Translations under genes and position numbers: made by a program
Part shown: in pieces, positions 1-8,475 of the stretch
Position numbering within the stretch: the stretch's first letter is position 1
Layout of the letters: the number at the start of each line of letters is the position of its first letter
Source: a virus
Taxonomy: Duplodnaviria; Caudoviricetes
Virus record (IMG/VR): IMGVR_UViG_3300020122_000432
Coordinates: 1-59,892 of that record
DNA: 59,892 nt
Direction: 5' to 3' (one strand)
The notes under the pieces: generated by a model
What the model was told of the DNA's origin: nothing
What the model saw: the letters and a program-made list of their open reading frames with translations, nothing else
The model's database searches: none

Positions 1-77
1 CCGTGTAATGACATTGAGAAGTGCGATGAGCGTTCCCATGGCGGTGAAGATGACGGCGAGGCCGGTCCACATCGCGC
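1..77. repeat. Terminal direct repeat, copy 1 (circular assembly overlap)
   Basis: Bases 1-77 are identical to 59747-59823. Confidence 0.95.
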
Positions 78-330
78 GCGGTGTGACGACGGGCCGACGA
101 TCGATCTCATCGAGACGGTCATCGAGACGATCCTGACGTGCCGCGAGCTTCTCTCGCTCCGTTCGCTCGGTGGCCTGCGCCTGCACCACCTGCTCGAGCC
201 GAAGTGTCATGTTGCTCATGATCATGTCGATCTTGCCGTCGAGCCGGTCGTAGCCGGAGCGAAGACGTGTCACCTCACCATACACATCTCCGAGACCGAT
301 CCGGAACTCGGCTCCGCTCTCCGCCGTCAC
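1..330 (-). CDS. Coiled-coil protein with C-terminal TM helix (holin/lysis-accessory-like); spans the circular junction
   Basis: Manual translation MTAESGAEFRIGLGDVYGEV...WTGLAVIFTAMGTLIALLNVITR; the TAG stop is supplied by 59744-59746 on circularisation. Start codon uncertain. Confidence 0.7.
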   Translation of the reverse strand, partial: MTAESGAEFRIGLGDVYGEVTRLRSGYDRLDGKIDMIMSNMTLRLEQVVQAQATERTEREKLAARQDRLDDRLDEIDRRPVVTPRAMWTGLAVIFTAMGTLIALLNVITR

Positions 331-346
331 CCCCGTGACTCGGCGG

Positions 347-664
347 CTAGGCCGCGGGAACGGGCTCGGCCACGGTCACGACGGACCAGTGATGACCGCC
401 GCCCACGGTGCCCTTCACGATCTGGCCGCCCCGGCTGAGGCGGTAGAGCGAGAGGTACACCTGCTTGCCGGGCATCTCCAGCGCGCCGGCGATCTCGTCG
501 CGGGTCTTGCCGACGGGTGCGCCGGCCTCGTCCTTCTGATCGCTGAGGTACGCGAGCACCTTCTCGTCCCGCTCGATCGTCTCCGCGGGACGCGGCCGAC
601 CCTTGCTCTTGTCCGTGGTGCCGGCGGTGTCCGTGCCCTCCGCGGGCTGTTCGGGCTCACCCAT
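347..664 (-). CDS. Small winged-helix DNA-binding protein
   Basis: HTH-like KTRDEIAGALEMPGKQVYLSLYRL; AGGAGG RBS upstream. Confidence 0.65.
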   Translation of the reverse strand: MGEPEQPAEGTDTAGTTDKSKGRPRPAETIERDEKVLAYLSDQKDEAGAPVGKTRDEIAGALEMPGKQVYLSLYRLSRGGQIVKGTVGGGHHWSVVTVAEPVPAA

Positions 665-697
665 GATGTCCTCCTGTATGTGGTTCCTGAGTCGTGT

Positions 698-1903
698 CTA
701 CCCTACCAGGTAGGGTAAGCGGTGTGAGTGGGTGACGTCGATGTCATACTCACGGTCGCCGATGACCTCACCGGTGTGACTACCGGGCTCTCCCTGGACG
801 GCCGCGCGCACCCATCGACCGATCCACCGACCGCAGTCGACTGTGATGCCCTTACCGTGTGTCATGAGAAGACCCGACTGATTGCGAAGCGGCCAGAGCC
901 GCCAGTCGTCGGGAAAGCCCATGATGCGCGCGGCCTCGCGGTGCGTGAGTGTGCGCTCCTCGGTCGGGTGAATGCAGGTCAGCAGCGAACCGCCCGTGAT
1001 CACTCTCGCCGGGTTGTCACCGTTCCACCGGATGGGTGTGGTGAAACCCATGTTGAAGTTATTCAGCACGATCTTGTCGGCCGTGGCGCGGAACGAGTCT
1101 GGAAGCCGACCGTGTCGCTCGTGGTAGCGCCGGCACACCTCCGAGATCGACTCACCCGGCCGCCAGCCAACCGCACTCATGAGGTCGGCGATGCGAGTGG
1201 TGAGTGGATTGCTGATCGCGGTGTGTCCGTCCACCGAACCGGTCACGGAGCGACGTGGTGTTGCCCAGTGGGAGGCGGGTGAGCGGTAGGGTTGCTGGTG
1301 CCACGTGAGACTGAGCGACGCGAGATCGCCGATCGCCTCGTTGAGCGTGGGTGTTGAGCGCACCCGCGGGATCTCCACGCCGAACGGCACCTGCGACAGC
1401 ACGAAGAAGTAACGTCGTCGCATGGAGCAGCCACCCAGGGAGAGGGCGTTGTGTCGCACGTGGTACAGATCCCACCGTCGTCCCGAGAACTGCTCGACGT
1501 AGTTCCGTAGTCGACGCATCAGGTCCAGGCCATCGGGACGTGTACGGGCCATCTGAACCGACTCAAACACCGCCACCGGTGGCAGTGCCCGGGTAACGTA
1601 GTTGGCAAACGCCCACATGCAGTGGTTGATCGGAGAGTCCGCGCCGCGGAACTGCTTCGCCGACATGACGGAGAACCCAGAGCACGGTGGGTTCCCGAAC
1701 ACCACCTCGGCCTCGTGAGGTGCCCAGTCCTCGGGTTCACTGACCTGCGCCTGCCAGCCGTCGCCGAGAAGATGCCGGTTGGCCTCGCAGTTCGCGACTC
1801 CGAAGCCTCCCGGCATCTCCTTCTTAGCGACGAGCTCGAAGCCGGCCTGGACCATGCCGAGGGTGAACCCACCCGCGAAACCCATGACGTCAACGGCTCT
1901 CAC
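698..1903 (-). CDS. DNA cytosine-C5 methyltransferase family protein (divergent motifs)
   Basis: Motif IV GNPPC, motif VI FESV, motif VIII RRRYF, motif IX RTLTHREAARIMGFPD. Confidence 0.85.
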   Translation of the reverse strand: MRAVDVMGFAGGFTLGMVQAGFELVAKKEMPGGFGVANCEANRHLLGDGWQAQVSEPEDWAPHEAEVVFGNPPCSGFSVMSAKQFRGADSPINHCMWAFANYVTRALPPVAVFESVQMARTRPDGLDLMRRLRNYVEQFSGRRWDLYHVRHNALSLGGCSMRRRYFFVLSQVPFGVEIPRVRSTPTLNEAIGDLASLSLTWHQQPYRSPASHWATPRRSVTGSVDGHTAISNPLTTRIADLMSAVGWRPGESISEVCRRYHERHGRLPDSFRATADKIVLNNFNMGFTTPIRWNGDNPARVITGGSLLTCIHPTEERTLTHREAARIMGFPDDWRLWPLRNQSGLLMTHGKGITVDCGRWIGRWVRAAVQGEPGSHTGEVIGDREYDIDVTHSHRLPYLVG

Positions 1904-1907
1904 CAGA

Positions 1908-2378
1908 CTACCTTACTACGATGATTTCTCGTTCACCGCACGCGTCCGCCGGCCCGGCGCAGTCGACACTCGGGTCGTCCAGTGCGCGGTGACACGCCTC
2001 GCACTTGCCCGAGACACCGTCGTAGCCGGTGGCCGCTCGCGCGTGGTTGATCTCGAGCTTCTGGTACAGAGAGATCTCGAGAAGCTCGGCCAGTCCCGCC
2101 GGGCCGAGGTCGGGTCGCGCGGCGAACATCAGGTTTGTCAGGAACTGCCACGCGTCGCGCAGCTCGGCGAAGAACTTGTCCTCGTGCACGTGACGTGACG
2201 TTGCCCAGGGTTTCCACCCGGTCTCGTCCAGCGCCTCCATGAGCTCGCTGACGCAGGCCAGTGTGCAGTCCCGGATGTACCGCAGCCGCGTGTCCGGTGT
2301 CATCGCGGGAAGATCGTGACCCAGTCTCTCCTGAAAGGCGAGCTGTGCCTCAAAGAGATCTTCTAGCTTCGGTAGCAC
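1908..2378 (-). CDS. All-alpha dimeric dUTPase/dCTPase (MazG superfamily)
   Basis: ELMEALDETGWKPW and ELRDAWQF motifs. Confidence 0.8.
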   Translation of the reverse strand: MLPKLEDLFEAQLAFQERLGHDLPAMTPDTRLRYIRDCTLACVSELMEALDETGWKPWATSRHVHEDKFFAELRDAWQFLTNLMFAARPDLGPAGLAELLEISLYQKLEINHARAATGYDGVSGKCEACHRALDDPSVDCAGPADACGEREIIVVR

Positions 2379-3316
2379 TACACCTCCTCCTGGAGCATCT
2401 GCTTGATGACGTCCTCCACCTGAATGATGGGACGGTAGTAGCGGAACATGCTGCGCGGATCACCGACTCGCCGCAGCACTCCGCCGGGCATGTTCGGCTG
2501 ATACGCGAAGACGGGTCGGTAGCCGATCACGTCACACGCGAGCTGAGCGATCTCGGTGACGGTGAGACCGCGTCCCGTGCAGATGTTGACGGGCTGATTC
2601 ACACCGAAGCTCGCGACTGCGAGCATGGCCGCGACCACATCGGTGATGTGTATCCAGTCGCGCACCTGCCGACCCGATCCCCAGATGTGGAACGGATCCG
2701 CACGTCGACGAGCTCGCTCAACGAGTGCGCGAAACGGGAACTCCTCCGACTGGTCCTCACCATAGCCGGAGAACGGTCGCACCACGGTGACGTTAAGACC
2801 GGCACGTTGTGCCTGCCACGCGAGTCGCTCACCGGTGAGCTTCGTCCAGCCATACACGCTGTCCGGTTCCTCGGCCGCGTCCGGGTCCACCATGTTCTCG
2901 GTGAGGTCGTACTTGCGGTGGTTCTGCAGGTACGGAGGATACACGGCGGACGACGAGAGGTAGATCACCCGGCGTGGTCGTGTCTTCATGGCCCACCGGA
3001 ACATCGCCGCGTCGAGTGCCACGTTGTACGCGAAGTTCTCGTACTCGGTATCGATGGCCAGTCGGTTGGGACCCGCGGCCGCGCAGTGCACGACGAGGGC
3101 GATGTCCTCCCACTGCTTCTCTTGGGGACTCGCGAAGATGCCGTGCGCGTCACCCCAGAACGTCACGTGCTGTGAGCCGATGAACGGCTTGATCTGAGGC
3201 ACCGTGGTCATCGGCTCGACGTCACTGAGGATCAACTCGTAGCCGAGGTTGCCGAGTGCCTGCGTGACGTGTCGTCCGACGAAGCCGGCGGCACCCGTTA
3301 CGAGTGCTCGTTGCAT
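2378..3316 (-). CDS. NAD-dependent nucleotide-sugar epimerase (extended SDR)
   Basis: TGAAGFVG, YLSSSAVYP, YGWTK (YxxxK), RDWIHI. Confidence 0.9.
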   Translation of the reverse strand: MQRALVTGAAGFVGRHVTQALGNLGYELILSDVEPMTTVPQIKPFIGSQHVTFWGDAHGIFASPQEKQWEDIALVVHCAAAGPNRLAIDTEYENFAYNVALDAAMFRWAMKTRPRRVIYLSSSAVYPPYLQNHRKYDLTENMVDPDAAEEPDSVYGWTKLTGERLAWQAQRAGLNVTVVRPFSGYGEDQSEEFPFRALVERARRRADPFHIWGSGRQVRDWIHITDVVAAMLAVASFGVNQPVNICTGRGLTVTEIAQLACDVIGYRPVFAYQPNMPGGVLRRVGDPRSMFRYYRPIIQVEDVIKQMLQEEV

Positions 3317-4335
3317 ATCTTCTCCATGTCTTGAAGCCACACCTTCATCACACGACGTGTGTTGAAGTGAAAGCAGTCCAGCTCGGCGAGACTCGCGTAG
3401 ATGATCTTCACCATCTCGAGGACCGACGCGCCGGGTCGCTGACTGAGCTCGTCGGCTACCCGACGCAGCTCGTCGATGACGACGTCGGTGTAGCGCATCC
3501 CGTGCATCTCGTCAAGGAGGTCGCGCATGGTGTCGTGGGGATTCCGTCGCTGCGTGACGTAGGGCTTGCCGTACGCCACGTGAAGACCAAGCTGATCCAT
3601 CACCACGCGGGTCACGTAGCTAGCCCAGATGTCGTCGTAGCGACCAACGTGAGGCAGCATGAGCATCGCGGGTGTGAGGCTGGCGCGGAACGCCGTCGCC
3701 TGCGAGTTGAACGGTGCCCACGTTCGTAGGTCTGTGATCATCGAGTTGGTGACGACCTGCACCTCGGGATCGTGACACATGCGCTCCACCGCGTCAACGT
3801 CGGGATCACCTACCCAGAGGGAGGCGACGACCCCGAGGATAACGCGCTTATGTGTGACACTCTCGACGACGTGGGGCACGCCGAACTGCGAGCGCGGCAG
3901 TCCGCGGTGACGCACCGTCGGCTCGCAGAGGACACCCGGGTTGAACCACCTGGTCTTGGTATTGACGACACTTCCAAACACACCCGATGAGTCGAAGAGT
4001 TCGTCGAGCATGGTGACGTGTCTGGGTCGCGCGAAGTTGTCATCATCCACGGTAATGATGTAATCCACGCCCGCGGTGAAAGCCTCGATGAAGCCGAGGC
4101 TTCGTCGCTGGATGGAGTTGTACGGCAGCGCGTCCGCAGACGCCCACCTACGATCACCCGGGTGAACGTAGCGGAACTCACCCTCCCACCACCGCCGGAC
4201 GTTGTCCTGCACCACACCGTGATCCGTCTTGGTGTCACCGACGATGATGACAACGTCGGTGTCCGGGCTCAGCTGCGACGTCCACGAGTGATACGACGGT
4301 GTGTGGATCGTCGTGGAAACGAGCGCGCGCCTCAC
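3298..4335 (-). CDS. GT75/RGP/STELLO-like protein (putative NDP-sugar pyranose mutase or glycosyltransferase)
   Basis: IITVDDDN, HRGLP, DPDVDA, FNSQAT, GRYDDIWASY motifs; GTG start overlaps the upstream stop. Confidence 0.75.
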   Translation of the reverse strand: MRRALVSTTIHTPSYHSWTSQLSPDTDVVIIVGDTKTDHGVVQDNVRRWWEGEFRYVHPGDRRWASADALPYNSIQRRSLGFIEAFTAGVDYIITVDDDNFARPRHVTMLDELFDSSGVFGSVVNTKTRWFNPGVLCEPTVRHRGLPRSQFGVPHVVESVTHKRVILGVVASLWVGDPDVDAVERMCHDPEVQVVTNSMITDLRTWAPFNSQATAFRASLTPAMLMLPHVGRYDDIWASYVTRVVMDQLGLHVAYGKPYVTQRRNPHDTMRDLLDEMHGMRYTDVVIDELRRVADELSQRPGASVLEMVKIIYASLAELDCFHFNTRRVMKVWLQDMEKICNEHS

Positions 4336-5672
4336 GCGCGTGCCCCGAACAGGCGACGCTCGATCATCTTCATGTAGCGCTCCTCTCGCAGTGCCGCGTC
4401 GAAGTGCTGACGCTGCATCGACACCAGCCACTCCCAGTCCGCGCGACCGGCCTCGGTGCCGAGGTGCTCGACACGCTTGCGTAGTGAGTCGGGATCCTTC
4501 ACACGCAGCCAGTCGCGAAGTGTCTCACTCGCGTCACCCAAGATGTGGTCTTGTGTGTCGTACTCGGGATGGAAGAAGCACACCGTTCCCGCGGCGAACG
4601 CCTCCCACGGCTTCGCGGTCGCCCAGCCGGAGCACGACGACGGGGTCGTCAGTGTGCAGCGCACCGCGTGAAGATGTGTGTAGTACTTGTCCCAGGGTGC
4701 GGGATGAACGCTGCGACCCAGCAACTCCTGCGACCCGCTGGACCACGTGCCGTGCATGAAGTATGGATTGAGCGGTGTGATCCACTCGCGAGCGACGTTG
4801 ACGCGTCGCAGGTCGGGACGACCCAGCGCGCCGGCCTCGTTGATGAAGAGACCGAAGTTCCCGGGACGTTCCCAGTCACCACTGTACGAGATGAGGTCAC
4901 CGAACGGTGTGCCCGGGTAGAGACCGTTGATCTCGAGTCGCGCGTACGTGGTGTAGCACAGTGAGTTCCAGAGGAACGGGTTGTCCCGGCATCCCGCGAT
5001 GTCACCCCAGCCGAGCTCACTGGGTGCCCGGGTGTCGCCGTAGCGCTCGTGCTGAATGACCTTCGTTGAGTTGAACTGGCCCAGCACCGGGAAGCGTAGG
5101 GGCCACTTGAGGTCGCGCATCTTGTGATGGTTCCGCGCGTCCGCGTTGAGGTAGATCTCCTCGCGATTCATCGGGTCGGGATCGCGCCACCGGTTCGTTC
5201 CCTGGAGCAGGAACGCCGAGTAGTACGCGCACCAGTCTTGCGGCTTCGTCAGGGTGCCGAGCTCGCGGATGCCGGGCAGTGACAGGTTCGTCGTGCCGTG
5301 TTGGCCAACCCAGAGGACGAGACCGCCGAGTGAGTCGAACATGTCACCCGTGATGTCGTTGAAGATCTTCGCGAGGATGGTGTGCTTGTCGGGCGTCAGT
5401 GGCCCGTCCTTGATCCCGTGACGTGACATCCCCTCGCGGAGCTGCTCGTGCCACATCTCTCCTCGCACCCACGGGTTGAGTACGTTACTGGGTAGTCCCG
5501 CCTCCCTGGGTGTTTCGCCCGAGTTGCGGCCCAGCAACACGAACGTGTCCCGGGGGTGTCGCAGCGCCAGTCGCTTAATGATCGCCACCATTTCGACGTC
5601 TCCGCCGAGGTTGCCACACTTCTCGAGTGTGAGTGGCATCGAGCGACCGATCTTACCATAGCCAATAATCAC
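4332..5672 (-). CDS. Putative DNA glycosyltransferase (GT-B fold)
   Basis: C-terminal WATAKPWEAFAAGTVCFFHPEYD resembles a GT-B donor-binding segment; located between sugar enzymes and replication genes. Confidence 0.6.
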   Translation of the reverse strand: MIIGYGKIGRSMPLTLEKCGNLGGDVEMVAIIKRLALRHPRDTFVLLGRNSGETPREAGLPSNVLNPWVRGEMWHEQLREGMSRHGIKDGPLTPDKHTILAKIFNDITGDMFDSLGGLVLWVGQHGTTNLSLPGIRELGTLTKPQDWCAYYSAFLLQGTNRWRDPDPMNREEIYLNADARNHHKMRDLKWPLRFPVLGQFNSTKVIQHERYGDTRAPSELGWGDIAGCRDNPFLWNSLCYTTYARLEINGLYPGTPFGDLISYSGDWERPGNFGLFINEAGALGRPDLRRVNVAREWITPLNPYFMHGTWSSGSQELLGRSVHPAPWDKYYTHLHAVRCTLTTPSSCSGWATAKPWEAFAAGTVCFFHPEYDTQDHILGDASETLRDWLRVKDPDSLRKRVEHLGTEAGRADWEWLVSMQRQHFDAALREERYMKMIERRLFGARA

Positions 5673-5699
5673 TCTTGCTCCTCTTCCTTGATCGCGGAC

Positions 5700-5738
5700 C
5701 GGGTCGGTCGACTAAATCGTATCAAGTCGACCGACCCG
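5700..5738. terminator. Intergenic hairpin
   Basis: CGGGTCGGTCGACT-N11-AGTCGACCGACCCG inverted repeat. Confidence 0.6.
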
Positions 5739-5757
5739 TGACCGTTGGCCTACGTCC

Positions 5758-6276
5758 TCAGAACGCGGGAACCGCGGGCGGGCTTCCGACGGGTGCGAGC
5801 GCCGGCACCGACGCGATCGGGATGTTCGCGGGAGCACCAAGTCCCTGTCCGATGATCGGTGCGCTCATGCCGGCCGCGAGCGGCCGATACTCGTTGACCT
5901 CGTTGCGGTCCGCACCCTGCCACGTCCGGATGCCGACGACGCAGATGACCCGACGTCCCTTGAGCATCTCCGCGATCTGCTGGATCGACGGCTGCTGCGC
6001 GAGGACGTTGTCGTCCACGCCGAACGCGGCGAGCTTCTTGAAGAACATCATCAGCGCGAACGCGTTGTCCGGTGTGAGCACGATGTTGTTGAAGAGCATC
6101 TTACCCTTCGCGGGTCCCTCGTCGATCTCAAGCTGCACGACGATCATGTCGGCGCCGGAGGACTGGGCCTGCTTCACCTCGGACTTCACGCAGATGGCAA
6201 CGTACTCACCCGGCGTCGCCGGCTTCGTCGCCTCGTCCGCTTCCTTCTTCAGATCCAGCCAGTTGACCTGACTCAT
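5758..6276 (-). CDS. DUF669-like single-stranded DNA-binding protein
   Basis: PGEY...GPAKGK...RNEV pattern, Pro-rich tail ending in Phe, downstream of a Sak4-like ATPase. Confidence 0.7.
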   Translation of the reverse strand: MSQVNWLDLKKEADEATKPATPGEYVAICVKSEVKQAQSSGADMIVVQLEIDEGPAKGKMLFNNIVLTPDNAFALMMFFKKLAAFGVDDNVLAQQPSIQQIAEMLKGRRVICVVGIRTWQGADRNEVNEYRPLAAGMSAPIIGQGLGAPANIPIASVPALAPVGSPPAVPAF

Positions 6277-7051
6277 GTGTGTTCTCCAGACTCTCTCTGA
6301 TGCCCGCGTCCGAGTAGATGGTTGTGAGCATGTGTGTGATGTTGGGTTTGTCGATGACGTCGCCAAGAACTCCCTGGACCCGCTCACCCGTGACGTACTG
6401 CGGGTGAGGACCGACGAGAAGTCGTCGGATCTTGCCGAGCGGCTGCCCGTTCGGATCCAGCTCGAAGTCGACGTAGAGGTACCCTACCACATCGATCCAG
6501 TAGGGCAGTGACACGCTGATCTGGCCCTGCATGTAGGGACCCAGGACACCCTTGTCGTCGCGACTCTCCGCGATGAACACGGCAACCTGCACCCCGAACG
6601 GAGGTGCGAGAAGTGTCAGGTCACGGAACCCACGAATCATCGCGTCCATGCGAGTGAGAAGTGAACCCCAGTCCTGGATCTTCATCTGCTCGGTGCCGAC
6701 GAGGTTGGCCTTGAGTCGACGCTGGAGCTCGGAGATCGAGTCCAGCACAATGGAGCGGAAGTCGTGCGGCGCGCTCAGGAGCCACTGATACACGCGGCTC
6801 AGTGTGTTCCAGTCGGTCACCGAGACACAGCACACGTCCCACGTTCCGTCGTAGCGCGGCGGTGCGTCGCGGTTCGGATCCCAGAGAATCTTGTGGATAG
6901 GTTCACCACCGTGACCCTTGGTGCCGATGAACTTCCACGAGCCCTCCGCGTCGATGACGAGGATGGGTCCGGGCGCGGTCGAGGCGAGCGTGGACTTGCC
7001 CGCCTTCGATCGGGCGTGAAGTAGGATGGACAGTGTCTGGTTGTCGCTCAA
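6206..7051 (-). CDS. AAA_24/Sak4-like ATPase (recombinase)
   Basis: ARSKAGKST P-loop, IDAEG, IVLDSISE, QDWG. Confidence 0.8.
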   Translation of the reverse strand: MSDNQTLSILLHARSKAGKSTLASTAPGPILVIDAEGSWKFIGTKGHGGEPIHKILWDPNRDAPPRYDGTWDVCCVSVTDWNTLSRVYQWLLSAPHDFRSIVLDSISELQRRLKANLVGTEQMKIQDWGSLLTRMDAMIRGFRDLTLLAPPFGVQVAVFIAESRDDKGVLGPYMQGQISVSLPYWIDVVGYLYVDFELDPNGQPLGKIRRLLVGPHPQYVTGERVQGVLGDVIDKPNITHMLTTIYSDAGIRESLENTHESGQLAGSEEGSGRGDEAGDAG

Positions 7052-8475
7052 ATCGTCCCCTCTTCCCGGGCAGCGTCGTAGCCGTAGTACTCGAGAGGGT
7101 CACGCTGCCGGTAGTAACCCTTGAGCATGTCCTCCACGCGGGACCCGTCATCAAACATCGGGCACACCGCGACGAAGGGACACTTCCACGTGCAGTCGTT
7201 CGACGGCCGCGGGTACGCGACGGACTGGTGCGGCACTCCCTGGGTAAGCGCGCGCTCCACCTCGAGAATGTCACTGATCGTGCCGACGAGTCGGTTGCGG
7301 TACGACTCCAGCTCGACGCGCGAGTGATTGACCTCCACGCGGTCGTAGAAAGGTGGCTTCGCGTTGCCCGTGCGCTTCACCTTGCGAAGCATGTTATAGA
7401 GGGCCGCGTCGCACAGCGGATCACCCTCCTCCGAGACGAGGAACTCTAGGAGGAGGTAGTGGAGCATCTGCTCGTTCATTGGAAGCATGATCCGCGGCTG
7501 CGTGATGTTCGCCACGGACTTGTGATCGATGAAGCCGACGCGGCCGGTCGTGCGATTGCGGTAGCGCGTGTCGAGCTTCCCGATGATGCGAACGTCGACG
7601 TCACCCCAGCCGTTCACGTGAAGTTGCGACTCGAGGTACGTCTCGGACGCGATGATGTCCATGTCTTCATCCGCGCCCGTGGTGGCGAGCCACTCCACGT
7701 ATCCCTCGATCATCGCTCGCTCGAGGTCGGCCTCCGCGTCGAACTTCTGCCGAAGCTGCGCGAGTTCGTAGGACTGCTCGCCGAAGTTCGCGGTGACCGC
7801 GTTCCAGTCCTCGACGATGAGTCGCTCGAGTGCCTCGCGCGGGTCGACGGCCTCGGTGATGTCCGGGACGTACCACTCGGCGAGTGCGCGGTGGATCCGG
7901 TTGCCGATCGCGAGGGCACCGAGCGGTGACTCCTTCTTGAGGGTGAGACCGCGGTACCACGCGAGCCACCACTTCCGGCGGCACTCCTTGAAGGTCCCGA
8001 CCTCCGAGTTCGAGAAGAAGCGCACGCCCTCCTGACGCACGGGACCGACCGGGATCGGCTGCGGGTCACCCTCCTCAGCCATCCGAGCACGTTCACGAAG
8101 TTCACGCCAGTCGATACTACCGACCGGGACTACGGACGACCCCGGGACGAGCTCAGACCGCCGCTTCAAGACCGCGGGGCCGCGCGGCGGGGCCGCAGTT
8201 GGGCTCGGTGGACCGGCCTGACCGACGACACTCATCACAGGCGACTCGCGTCGTGGCGCGCGTGGCGTGGCCGTCACTGGGAGATCGACGCGCTCACCGG
8301 TGATGACCTCGAAGAGTGCGGCACGCTCTTCCGAGCTCATCGTACCCTTGTTCTCGATGCGCCAGATCTTACCCTCGGTTATGCCCGTCGCCTCCGCCAG
8401 CGCGCGGCGACTGATGTTGCGACTGCCGCGGAACTGCACAACGTCCGCGGACGTCAGGTCGAGTATGTCCATCAC
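7048..8475 (-). CDS. XRE HTH fused to a PD-(D/E)XK (Cas4/RecB-like) exonuclease
   Basis: N-terminal SRRALAEATGITEGKIWRIE; SNSE...CRRKW, GKLD, IDHK, CTWKCPFVAVC. Confidence 0.85.
   Translation of the reverse strand: MMDILDLTSADVVQFRGSRNISRRALAEATGITEGKIWRIENKGTMSSEERAALFEVITGERVDLPVTATPRAPRRESPVMSVVGQAGPPSPTAAPPRGPAVLKRRSELVPGSSVVPVGSIDWRELRERARMAEEGDPQPIPVGPVRQEGVRFFSNSEVGTFKECRRKWWLAWYRGLTLKKESPLGALAIGNRIHRALAEWYVPDITEAVDPREALERLIVEDWNAVTANFGEQSYELAQLRQKFDAEADLERAMIEGYVEWLATTGADEDMDIIASETYLESQLHVNGWGDVDVRIIGKLDTRYRNRTTGRVGFIDHKSVANITQPRIMLPMNEQMLHYLLLEFLVSEEGDPLCDAALYNMLRKVKRTGNAKPPFYDRVEVNHSRVELESYRNRLVGTISDILEVERALTQGVPHQSVAYPRPSNDCTWKCPFVAVCPMFDDGSRVEDMLKGYYRQRDPLEYYGYDAAREEGTI

Noticed and set aside
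1-77. Physical terminal repeat or att site
   Set aside because: It lies mid-gene and 77 bp is a common assembler k-mer length, so a circular overlap is the simpler explanation.
7048-8100. Cas4 / CRISPR system
   Set aside because: No array or other cas genes; it is a standard phage recombination nuclease.
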